DNA of 50,914 bases from Octopus sinensis. Taxonomy: Eukaryota. The notes below the pieces were generated by a model. That model searched no databases. It was not told where the DNA came from and saw only the letters and a list, made by a program, of their open reading frames with translations. The translations under genes were made by a program, and so were the position numbers. The stretch's first letter is position 1; every line of letters begins with the position of its first letter. The stretch covers positions 1 to 50,914 of the forward strand of contig NW_021834195.1 of assembly GCF_006345805.1 (NCBI RefSeq). Direction: 5' to 3'. Shown in pieces: positions 25,259-37,639 of the stretch.

Positions 25259-25668
25259 GTAAGTGTGTTAGTGTCAGCGCATTCTTGTGAGAATTAAAGT
25301 GTAGAAAGTACAGGTGGAATTAGATAGACAAACTCGCAGACCAGCGTAACACGGAGTTCCAGAAGCGATTCGATATATATTTTTTTAATGTCTTGTTCAA
25401 ACAAACAATGTGAACATCTTATGTAGATGATAATAATTATTAAAAATATAAAAAAGAAACCTCTTGGCAAGTAGTTCTTGGATAAAATATGAAGTGATAT
25501 TGAAATTGCTAAATAACTTAAAGGCATAAACTGATTTCCGAAATTAAAAGGTTACTAACACGGTGCTCTTTGGCGATTAGTAATTACGGTGGGAATAAGA
25601 AAATGTGCCATTTTTGTCACTGAAATTTTGTTACTCGGAGCCATTCGTGCTTGACATTCCCTTCACAG

Positions 25669-25806
25669 ATGACAATATTGTTCGGACAAATTAAATACAT
25701 GAGATTATCACTCCAAATAAGGAATTCGTTCGGAATATTTCGAACATTATACAGATTAATGCAGAATTATTACAACCTCGACGAAATTACTCAAATTACG
25801 AAGAGG
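25669..25806 (+). CDS. Probable next exon (MTILFGQIKYMRLSLQIRNSFGIFRTLYRLMQNYYNLDEITQITKR)
   Basis: TTCCCTTCACAG| acceptor, AGG|GTAATT donor, 138 nt phase 0 to 0, compatible with the upstream exon across a 410-nt intron. Confidence 0.5.
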
Positions 25807-25989
25807 GTAATTCAGAGGATAAATGGTTATAATTAAAACAATATTTTTTTTAATATTCATTTCAGTATTTATGGATTTTTATTTACTTTCACAAAAATAT
25901 TTCCCAGATAAGATATTAGAAATTATACATTCATTAATACATGTAAGCACACATAGATGCTTACAAATAAGCACATGTATGTTAAAGAG

Positions 25990-26092
25990 TGTATGTATGT
26001 ATGTATGTATGTATGTAGTATGTATGTATGTATGTATGTATGTATGTATGTATGAATGTATCTATCTGTCTATCTATCTATCTATCTATCTA

Positions 26093-26131
<39 letters not shown>

Positions 26132-26163
26132 TATTTCTATCTATATGTTATATAACATATATA

Positions 26164-26206
<43 letters not shown>

Positions 26207-26270
26207 ATAATATATATATATGTATGTATGTATATGTATATAAATATACGTATGTGTATAAATATATATT
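25990..26270. repeat. Compound (TATG)n/(TATC)n/(TA)n microsatellite
   Basis: Direct. Confidence 0.93.
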
Positions 26271-26975
26271 AATATACAAGTACAAATATGGAAGATGTTT
26301 TAAGTAGAATGTTCTGTATAATGACATTGAACCAAGATCCAATCTTCAAAGAGAATATATATATATCTACATATATGTATGTGTGTGTTTTGCATATATA
26401 TATTTATATATTTATATGTATACACACATGTGCGCGCGTGCACACACACAGATACACACACTCATATATATATATATATGTATATATTTCCGTAGATATA
26501 GATATGCATACACGCAGAAATGTATATGATTTGTGTGTATATATGTACATATGAATAGCTGAATTCTACAACGAAGCAAACACAAATGGTGTTGAAAGAA
26601 ACATGTTATACATACATATATTCATACACACATGCATACAGACAAACGTACATATACATATATACATACGTACATATTTATATACAAGCATATGTGTGTA
26701 TGCCTCGGAGTGTGTAATCTATAAAGAGATATATATGTACTTATGTATATATATTTATATGTACGTATGTGCATGTGCGTGTGTGTGTGTGTCTCTGTGT
26801 GCGCGTGCATGAATATTTCGAAATCAGTGTTGATTCAGTTGACATAGAAGCTAAAGCATTTAACAGGTCTTCAGTTTTTAACTGTTATGTTATTTTATCA
26901 AACTCAAAAATAAAATGTACAGTCTGTCGTTGTGAACTTGAATCGTAAATGAAGGGTAACTAAATACCACAATAT

Positions 26976-27195
26976 CCTTTTCTACTATAGGTACAAGGCC
27001 CGAAATTCTGAGCGGAGGTGGCCAGTCGACTAGATCGACCCCCAGTACGCAACTGGCACTTAATTTATTAACCTCGAAACTTTGAAAGGCAAAGTTGACC
27101 TCGGCGGAATTTGAACTCAGAACCTAAAGGCAGACGAAATACCTCTTAGTATTTTACCCGGCTTGCTAACGTTTGTATCAAGTCGCTGCCTTCTG
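26976..27195 (-). mobile_element. SINE family B with perfect 13-bp TSD
   Basis: AATACCACAATAT at 26963-26975 and 27196-27208. Confidence 0.92.
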
Positions 27196-27501
27196 AATAC
27201 CACAATATTTCAACCACAATAATTTACTTGTGTTTATTATATGAGGAAACATAGGTAACACGAATTTGTTCCTAAATCTACAAAATTAGAAAAATTTTCC
27301 TCGCAGCTGACCTCAAGATTTTCATGATGGAAATTTATATTAAATAATGCATTTCTAGATAAACATTCCTAAAAATCAATTACGTGGTCATGTAACCTCA
27401 GTGGCTTCGATTATGGGTCTGTCTTGATCAGTGTTAACATGTGATGCAATAAATAAATAAATAAATAAATAACAATTATTTATAACATCGTTATTTATAT
27501 A

Positions 27502-27982
<481 letters not shown>

Positions 27983-28464
27983 ATTAAAAAAAATTGTATT
28001 TTTGAGGATATACTAATTATGCGAATTAAAACTAATTTATACTACCCATGTGAAGTAAAAAAATATTTTCATGAATTCACATGATCCAAGGTTCTCTGTT
28101 CATAAAGAAAAAAAAACAGGTTGGTCACAAATTGAATTCTTTTTATGAGAGGTTTGTTGAATTAAGACAATAACAACCACAACAACAACGCTTCTGCTAG
28201 CTCACTACCTCAAAAGCATGACTAAACGGTACCAGTTAGTCTGTACTAACTCATTAACAAGACAATTTTCTTTCAAGTTACTTGAATTTTGTACTTGTAA
28301 TGAAAATATTAGAACTGCCGCTCAACCTGTGGGATTTTAGTACCGAGACGAGTAGGGCACCTATGCATAACAGTGATTATGGGATTGAATATATTACAGA
28401 ATTGATTTTCATCTTTTTATATTCACATCTCGTCGAAACCGGCGTTCCATACGTCAAGGGTCTA

Positions 28465-28700
28465 TCTCTTTTACTGTTTTACTCTTTTACTTGTTTCAAT
28501 CATTTGACTGTGGCCTTGCTAGAGCACCGCCTTTAGTTGAGCAAATCGACCCCGGGACTTATTCTTTGTAAGCCTAGTACTTATTCTATCGGTCTCTTTG
28601 GCCGAACGGTAAAGTTACGGGGACATAAACACACCAATATCGGTCGTCAAGCGATGGTGGGGGGACGAACACAGATACACACACACACACACACACACAC
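28465..28700 (-). mobile_element. SINE family A tail module
   Basis: Similarity to 5457-5660. Confidence 0.85.
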
Positions 28701-29482
28701 ACTGAGCCATTGCACCTCCACCGTTCAAGTTTAATGAAAGCGTAATAAAACATAGTTCACTGAGCGATTTTAACTCATTAAACGGATGCGTAACTCCATT
28801 GAGAATTTTACAGCATTCCGAAATTCTAATAGCAACAAAAATTATATGTAAAATGTTTCGTTAGAATTGTTTTGATTTTTTCGTCTAATTCCGTATTTGC
28901 TGTGATTATATTCGGATTAAGATTAAACTCACAAACATTTATTTTATAGTATTAATAAGTGGGCTATGCATTGTACTATCAAAGTTTTGAAGATGAACAT
29001 TCTAAATAATATTCAACTTGTGATGCCTAATATTATCATTTGAATTGAACATTGGCCTACAAAACGCTTGTGAATTATTAATGACCCGTAGGGACACCGT
29101 ATTTCGTTATGCAAACATAAAATATTACAAAATATATTAATCGCTTTCATAAGTCAATATTGTGTTCTACTGTGTTAGCAGTGCTCTAACATCACTTGTT
29201 AAGGTTGTCTCTACAGATTTTCTATAGAAATTATACCCAGCACTGATATTGTTCGGATTTGAAACGTCGTAAAAAAATCGGTTCTGGCTGTAATTTCTTT
29301 GAAAATCTGTTGAGATAATCTTAACAAGCTTGTGAATTATGTAACCATTTTTCGCTGCATCGGTTCATGGTACGAATTTAAAGCTAGTTCAAAAAAAAAT
29401 CTGACCACAACACTGTTTTATTAATCAATGGAAGAGCACATTGTTTGTGGATGGATATGGACGTCGATTATTCAATCTCAAA

Positions 29483-29698
29483 AAGGCGGCGAGCTGGCAG
29501 AGTTGTGAGCGCGCTGGACGAAATGCTTAGCCGTATTTCGCCCATCACTACGTTCTGAGTTCAAAATTTCGCCGTGGTCGACTTTGTCTTTCATTCTTTC
29601 TGGGTCAATAAATTAAGTACCAGTTGAGTGCTGGGGTCGGTGTAATCGACTCTCCTCCGCCTCCTCTAAATTTCAGGCCTTGTGCTTATAGTAGAAAG
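29483..29698 (+). mobile_element. SINE family B with about 17-bp TSD
   Basis: GATTATTCAATCTCAAA (29466) / GATTATTCAACCTCAAA (29699). Confidence 0.9.
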
Positions 29699-30595
29699 GA
29701 TTATTCAACCTCAAAGTCTGATTTCTACGTAATATTGATTTTTACGTTAAATATTGTAATAAACAGTCATAATAAAATATCCACACCGAAAATTTTACAA
29801 AAATAAATAAATAAAATTAAAATTTTCAGTAAACAGACAGATATAAGACATGTTTAATGACATATCAGGAGTAAAAAGTGTAAAGTAATAAAATATATAA
29901 TGAAAAGCTCTTTTCAAATATTTAAAATATATTTCACCAGAATTTTTTAATACAAAATTGCTCATATTTTAAAAATTCATTGTTCTATTTGCAATAATGT
30001 TTTCATTTGTATAAATATATTTGTTCGTTATTTCATTATTAATTTAAAAAATTTTTTCAAAAAAAAAAAATTTCAATTAGAGCATTTATCATTTTTGAAT
30101 TTTAGGAATGTTTATATTCCAGTCATTGTTATTTTCTTTTAATTACAGATTAATTATAAAGAAGAGACGAAAAGATTACACCAACGTAAAATAACAACTA
30201 AATATTAAAACCACAAATATCAAATGAAAATGATACATCGAAGACACACAGACTATACAACATTCTAATTTTTTTTGCACTCCCTTCCTCTTTTTGTACA
30301 AGATAATTATAGGATTTAAGAAATTATGTGTTATTTAGTTTAAAAAGCAAGCGGAGTGAGACATCATAATTGCCAGGCGAGAACGATTTGGACAGTTAAT
30401 TTCTAGTTTGTTATCAAACATGAAAGTTCCTTTAACTTTTATATAACCGAGAACATACACAAAGAAATCATGTAATACAATTTTAAGCAATCACTTTCCC
30501 GCCACCCCCAAACTTTCAGCTGTTTATTTTGGTCCAGTAGGATACCAGCCACAATTATTTATACATTTCTCCTTCTATCTTTTTCGTCATGCAGA

Positions 30596-31030
<435 letters not shown>

Positions 31031-31194
31031 ATGTCTGCGTGACGAAAAAGATAGAAGGAGAAATGTATAAATTATAGTGGCTGGCATTATATATACATAT
31101 ATATATATATACCTACACATACATACACACACATGTCCAGACCACCAGCCCTCTTTCAAACGCACCTACATACTCTCTTATACACACACGCACA

Positions 31195-31495
31195 TTTGTG
31201 TTGGGAGCTCCTTCGTTTTGAGGGTCATCTTACCTTGTTATCTCCCCTACTTTCCTCCTCCCGTCTGACCATTTTGTCCGAGTCAGACGCCATGATAGAT
31301 CGTTAGCCACTACACACATTTTTTTCGCTCCTTGTTTCTCTCCTTGTTTTTTTTTCTGTGTACCTTTCTGTAGAAGAGCGTAGGCTCGAAACGTAAAAGA
31401 CTTTTTCTGTTCCTGAGCGCTATACTAATACATCTGTTTGTTTGTACACCACCTGTCTTCGTCTTTTGTTCTTTTTTTTTCGTAAACTTTCCCTA
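31195..31495 (+). mobile_element. Penelope-like pseudo-LTR fragment with minimal hammerhead-like motif
   Basis: GAAGAGCGTAGGCTCGAAACGT motif and TCCTGAGCG shared with 49078-49280; ends in (TA)n; no ORF, so PLE status is inferred. Confidence 0.5.
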
Positions 31496-31596
31496 TATAT
31501 GTATATATACTCGTATGTGTGTGTATTTATATAAATATATATATAATAAGAAAAAAAAAATATATATATATGTACATTCATATGTATGTATATATA

Positions 31597-31780
31597 CGTA
31601 CGTTGCTTAACGTCGGACATATGACATATGAGTGCTCAATAAATGTAGCAGATATAATTCTTTTTATTTAAAACTCAAGATGGGAGTTTGTCTCGCGACA
31701 CGTGTTTCACGTCACTACAATTTTCTGACGAGTTTCTGATGATTGCAACCGTGTGAAACACAACTCTCAGCTTCAGTACA
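31597..31780 (-). mobile_element. Penelope-like pseudo-LTR end with paired hammerhead-like motifs
   Basis: Minus strand GAAACACGTGTC, then AATAAA and a tail similar to that of 34927-35002; flanked by (TA)n. Confidence 0.5.
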
Positions 31781-31837
31781 TATATATGACTGAAACAAGT
31801 AAAAGAATATATATATATATACCTACACATACATACA

Positions 31838-32163
<326 letters not shown>

Positions 32164-32325
32164 GCATGCATACATACATATATATATAGTATTCTCTAAT
32201 AATTTATGTATAAATTTGTATTTTCTCCGTAGTTTTTTGTGCTAAGCCACTTGGTGTTAAATTGATGGTATTATTAAATTAATATCGATTTTTCACCCTC
32301 ATTTATAATTTTATATATGTATATA

Positions 32326-32383
<58 letters not shown>

Positions 32384-32387
32384 TATA

Positions 32388-32417
<30 letters not shown>

Positions 32418-32418
<1 letters not shown>

Positions 32419-32797
32419 TCTTTTCCTTGGTTCAGTCATTGAGTGCAGAAGTACCACCTTGAGGGGTTTTAGTCGAACAAATCGACCCCAGAACTTATTA
32501 TTTTTTAAAGCGTAGTACTTATTTTATCAGTCTGAACCGGTAATTCACGAGCACGTAAACACCCCAGACCAGTTGTCAGGCAGTAATGGGGGCCAGGCGC
32601 AGACACAAAGATACTCACATAAATATATACATATACGACGGGCTTCTTTCAGTTTCCGTCTACCAAATCCATTCACAAGGGTTTGGTCGGCCCGAGGCTA
32701 TAGTAGAAAGCAGTTTACCCAAGGTGTCACGCAGCGAAACTGGACCCAAAACTATGTGGTTGGGAAGGAAACTTCTTACCCTACACCCACGCCAGCG
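32418..32797 (-). mobile_element. Composite SINE family A (older)
   Basis: Similarity to other copies. Confidence 0.8.
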
Positions 32798-32958
32798 AGG
32801 TGTTTTCGTCAGGGTGACTCAAATTAATAGGTAGCATTCTGATTGCTCAAATAGGTATGCCATTAAAATTACAGGGTGAATAGCAGTTAAAGCTGTGGTT
32901 TTGTAACTGCCTTATCCAAAGCGGCTAGAGGGGGCTCCCCCTTGAGTCGGTAGGCATA

Positions 32959-33106
32959 GGTTAAAGTAGAAAGGAGAGGTAAACAATTTAACTATATAAT
33001 AAAAGGTAGAGATAGATACTATCTCTACCTTTCATTATATAGGTAAATTAAATTATATATCCTTGTCGTCTTGTCAAATCGTTTGTCTCTTCTTTCTACT
33101 TTAACC
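32959..33106. repeat. Foldback inverted repeat (57-bp arm, 3-nt spacer, about 31-nt insert in right arm)
   Basis: GGTTAAAGTAGAAAG...AAAGGTAGAGATAG ATA CTATCTCTACCTTT...CTTTCTACTTTAACC. Confidence 0.85.
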
Positions 33107-33311
33107 CAACACACACACATATATATATATGCACATACATAAATACATACATGTATATGTATACAGGCGGTAAGAATTTCGGTCTTATTGCGTTGCACCC
33201 TGGGCTGACTAAAGCCTTGTGAGCCCCTGGCTGACCAAAGACTTGTGAGTGGATTTGGTAGACGGAAAGTTACAGAGAGAAAGCTACTATGGAAGGCTCA
33301 TAGTATAATAA

Positions 33312-33611
33312 CTGTATATAATATATATCATAATGATATTTATTCTCCGATTTTAAAGCGACAATTTTTAAATATAAACAAATGACCGAAAAACGACGGG
33401 TTAACCTCACGCCGAATCGAACTCCCAAATCGACGCTTTCATGGCTTCTTGCGAATCTGATTGGCCAAACGCAAGGAGCCATGAAAGCATCGATTTGTGA
33501 GTTCGATTCAGCCTGAAGTTAGCTCATCATTTTTCGGTCATATGTTTATATTTAAAAATAGTCGCTTTAAAATCGGAGAATAAATATCATTATGATTTAT
33601 ATTAAATACAG
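33312..33611. mobile_element. Palindromic foldback / MITE-like element, 142-bp arms and 16-nt loop
   Basis: Arms 33312-33453 and 33470-33611 are reverse complements with roughly 10 percent differences. Confidence 0.85.
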
Positions 33612-33649
33612 AGTTATATATATATATTATATATATATATATATAATAT

Positions 33650-33709
<60 letters not shown>

Positions 33710-33784
33710 CATGTATGTATATACATACACACAAATAGGATAAGTAGATAGACAAAGAACAATAAGAAAACTATATATATATAT

Positions 33785-33820
<36 letters not shown>

Positions 33821-33821
<1 letters not shown>

Positions 33822-34910
33822 TATATATAGAGGGCATTATACATACATGCCAGATGGCATTATACATAGATGCCACACGCTAAGAGGGACAATTAGTCAT
33901 TTCTACCAAAAATATTACTAATCCCACCGAATGCAATTTTTCAAAGTAAGACATTTAAAAAATATAGACCTGTATCACCGTGATTTCATACTTACGTATT
34001 CATCAGCAGCAGCCTGGATGTATCATACATAAACGACCCTGCCTCGCTTAAGCCGATCAGCTAACTGATCAACATCAACGAAGCACATGGGTGAGTTTAC
34101 ATATATTACATCCTGTAAATGTCAGACTTTTACGAATTGCATTTCGGGAAAGGAAGAGTTTTTTCGGATAAAAATTTGCAATTAAGGACAACTACTTAAT
34201 AAGGAAAACTTAACAAGAAATTGTCAGGTAGATAGCGTGAAAACCTCATAAGAGAAAAAATTCGAAAATAATTATTTCTTATTGAACATATTAATTTATA
34301 TATAGAGGGCATTATACATACATGCCAGATGGCATTATACATAGATGCCACACGCTAAGAGGGACAATTAGTCATTTCTACCAAAAATATTACTAATCCC
34401 ACCGAATGCAATTTTTCAAAGTAAGACATTTAAAAAATATAGGCCTGTATCACCGTGATTTCATACTTACGTATTCATCAGCAGGCCTGGATGTATCATA
34501 CATAAACGACCCTGCCTCGCTTAAGCCGACCAGCTAACTGATCAACATCAACGAAGCACATGGGTGAGTTTACATATATTACATCCTGTAAATGTCAGAC
34601 TTTTACGAATTGCATTTCGGGAAAGGAAGAGTTTTTTCAGAATAAAAATTTAGCAATTAAGGACAACTACTTAATAAGGAAAACTTAACAAGAAATTGTC
34701 AGGTAGATAGCGTGAAAACCTCATAAGAGAAAAAATTTCGAAAATAATTATTTCTTATTGAACATATTAATTTATATATAGAGGGCATTATACATACATG
34801 CCAGATGGCATTATACATAGATGCCACACGCTAAGAGGGACAATTAGTCATTTCTACCAAAAATATTACTAATCCCACCGAATGCAATTTTTCAAAGTAA
34901 GACATTAAAA
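33821..34910. repeat. Tandem duplication, about 475 bp x 2.3
   Basis: AGAGGGCATTATAC starts at 33829, 34304 and 34780; near-identical units. Confidence 0.95.
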
Positions 34911-35012
34911 AAAAAAAAATATATATGTAGGTCCCGGGTTGATTCGGGGTTAACCACAGTAAATAAGGTACTCAATACATAGTAGAGTAAAATTAATTTA
35001 TTATATAGAAGG

Positions 35013-35063
35013 AGCTTCTACAGGACTAGAACTGTTTCATTCAAGAGAAATCTTCAGGAAGCT
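35013..35063 (-). ncRNA. Type I hammerhead ribozyme fold
   Basis: agcttc CUGAAGA uuuc-ucuu-gaau GAAAC ag-uucuaguc-cu GUA gaagcu: 6-bp stem I, 3-bp stem II with U-U base, 4-bp stem III. Confidence 0.7.
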
Positions 35064-35109
35064 TCCTGAAGATTTCTCTTGAATGAAACATTCTAGTCCT
35101 GTAGAAGCT
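35060..35109 (+). ncRNA. Type I hammerhead ribozyme fold (mirror copy, 1-nt deletion in stem III)
   Basis: CTGAAGA 35066-35072, GAAAC 35085-35089, GTA 35101-35103, stem I 35060-35065 / 35104-35109. Confidence 0.62.
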
Positions 35110-36254
35110 CCTTCTATATAATAAATATATATTATATTATACATATATATGTTCACTTCACGAATAGATATCAGTTGAAATAGTAACACTCAGTTGTATT
35201 TTAGTTAAGAGATTGCATTTTATTGTAATATGATCTTTCAGTGAGTAAAACAAATTTTAATATCAATAATATTATATGTTTTCTTTTGCTATTATTGCTA
35301 TATATATATATATATATATTATTTTGCTTCCATTAATGAAGCTGCTACTATTGTTGTTTATGTTGCTGTCACACATGTTTATGTTAGTGTTACTCTTGTT
35401 TAAAATCGAACACTGCTTAGATGCAGGAAACAGCATATCTGCCTTTCGTTGTACAAAGAAGCTCTTCTCGTATACTAAAAAGTGTTGGATTTCTATTTCA
35501 GCAAATAATATAAAACTACGTCACTGACAATGGAATCGACTCTTAAGTGATAGCATCGACATTTTTACCTTATATGGATTCTTTGGGTTGCTATTGGCTT
35601 GAGGTCTTGTTGGAGAAACAGCAGCGATGCTATAGAAACTCTTCAGCTGCTCGCTAGGCTGGCAAATCGTTTATTGAATTGCAAATATTATTTCCAGTGG
35701 CTATAGTTTCTTCAAAATATGCGATTAGGTCAGCTTGACTTAGAAATAAAGGTATAGTTTTATAGTGATTTTCCTCTTTTATAGATTTACATAGCGATAA
35801 AAAAAAATCAGAGAGAAGAAAAAATATTCGAATGAGTTTTTCGGATTAGGAAAAAGATATAAGTTTATGTATGGAGTTTTAGGATTTAGCTTTGAAGGAA
35901 AATGTTCGTATTAGTGTGCACCCACGTTAAAGTTTAATAGCAATTTAAATTCCTGATTTTCTTTAAACTTAATAACAATGCCAGGGATTAACAGAAAGGA
36001 GTATTTCTTGTAATATCATTTAGATTTTACCATGAAATTCGCATGTTGTCGGTCCATGATGGCGTTGCAAATATTAACATTATAAAGAGAAAAAAATAAA
36101 ATCTCATAATTATATGTAAATAATTGTCTCTAACTTGGGAGCAAGACCTGGAATTTGTGTGAGAGGTATAATCAATCATATCAATTCCAGAACTTGACTG
36201 GTACTTGGTTTTACCGGCCTTAGAGGAATGAAAAGCGAACTAATAACATAAATA

Positions 36255-36480
36255 GGCGCAGGTATGGCTGCATGGTTATGGAGCACGCATTTAACCACAT
36301 GGTTTCGGGTTCAGTTCCACAAATATTTGCCTTTGTCCGTTCCACTGAATGGGAACCGGTGTTGGTTTGTTTACGCTCCCATAACTTAGAGGTTTGGCAA
36401 GAAAAACACGTACAGTATGAAGCTTCAAAATTAAGTTCTGGTATCGATCTGTTCGATTAAAACCTTTCAAGTAAAAGATT
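36255..36480 (+). mobile_element. Internally deleted SINE family A
   Basis: GGCGCAGGTATGGCTG head joined to tail remnants. Confidence 0.7.
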
Positions 36481-36589
36481 AAAGATTAAAGATAGACGAT
36501 AAGTTGACGGCCAAACGTTTTGCCAAACTCACGTCTTGTTTGTAAGTGAATAATGATGGCTTCTGATTTACACATAAATCCACAATTTT

Positions 36590-36745
36590 GAGAGAAGAGC
36601 ATTAGTGAACACTGTCAACTTTAGTACTTGACTCGTACTTTATTTTATCGATCTCTGAAAGGCAAAGTTCACTCCAGTAGGAATTGAACTCAAAATGTAA
36701 AGCGTCCGGACAAAATACCGCAAAATATTTATTCCGACTCACCAC
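36590..36745 (-). mobile_element. Old SINE family B
   Basis: TTTATCGATC..AAAGGCAAAGTT..GAATTGAACTCA. Confidence 0.65.
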
Positions 36746-37176
36746 AAGGTCTAATTCTTGTTGTGGTGTAATGGATCGTATGCAGTAGTTACCCTGAGAG
36801 TTACGCCAACGGAGCACGCTCTCCCAGCAGAGCCGCCGAAGTCAGAGGCTTGAAGCCTGTCTAATATGGATCATCTTATCCCTTGATGTAAAAATGGGTT
36901 TGCTTAAGGTAAACACATCTAGAAAAAGTAAGCAAAATTACAGTTACATCGATGAAAATTCAAAACCAACAAGGTACTGGGAGAGGAAGGCCTTGCACGG
37001 AGCAGCAAATACGAAAGAAAGCGGTAATAGCGACTTCCATTTCTGACAGTCCAGGGTCGAGAACAGTGGAGGAAAGTCCACAATGGCCTATACTCTATAG
37101 GGATCGTTGGACCCAAGATAACGAAGAAGAATTTGCTCCGACGTTCTAATAATTGTGTTAAACACCAGACTTGTTA

Positions 37177-37460
37177 TCTATATATATAAAACTGAGAATG
37201 TGTGTCTGTTTGTCTGTCTGTGTGAATCCCTAAAACTTGAGAACTACACAACCAATTTCATTCAAATTTTACACATGCGTTACTTAGGGTCCATGTAGTG
37301 TCATGGGGAAAAAAAAACGTCTTGCCTAGGGCGAGCCCACAGCAATATCATATCTTCTCCACTATTTCAGTATTACGTGTTAAAAGTGAAACAAAAACAT
37401 CTCCCTATTGTAATGTCACATGCTTTCACTTTAAAACTGAAACTATTAAAGTGAAAGTAT
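37177..37460 (+). mobile_element. Non-autonomous Helitron-like 5' segment
   Basis: A|TCTATATATATAAAACTGAGAATGTGTGTCTGTTTGTC...AACCAATTTCATTCAAATTTT, typical of non-autonomous Helitron 5' ends; no clear CTAG|T 3' end. Confidence 0.6.
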
Positions 37461-37528
37461 TATGTAAGAGGGATGAACCATTAATAGTGGACATCCATTT
37501 TGCTAGAAGAAGATCCGCTATGGTCTTC

Positions 37529-37588
<60 letters not shown>

Positions 37589-37639
37589 TACCTGTATATG
37601 TAAATATGTATATGTATAGGTATATTTCTATAGAAACAG

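Larger units (their letters stand above)
34927..35126 (-). mobile_element. Penelope-like pseudo-LTR 3' end with inverted truncated copy
   Basis: HHR core, AATAAA and tail running into (TA)n on the minus strand; 65-bp inverted duplicate; PLE assignment inferred. Confidence 0.55.

Noticed and set aside
33996-34112. Selenoprotein exon idea for the in-frame TGA
   Set aside because: No recognisable selenoprotein motif or SECIS, and the duplicate copy is frameshifted
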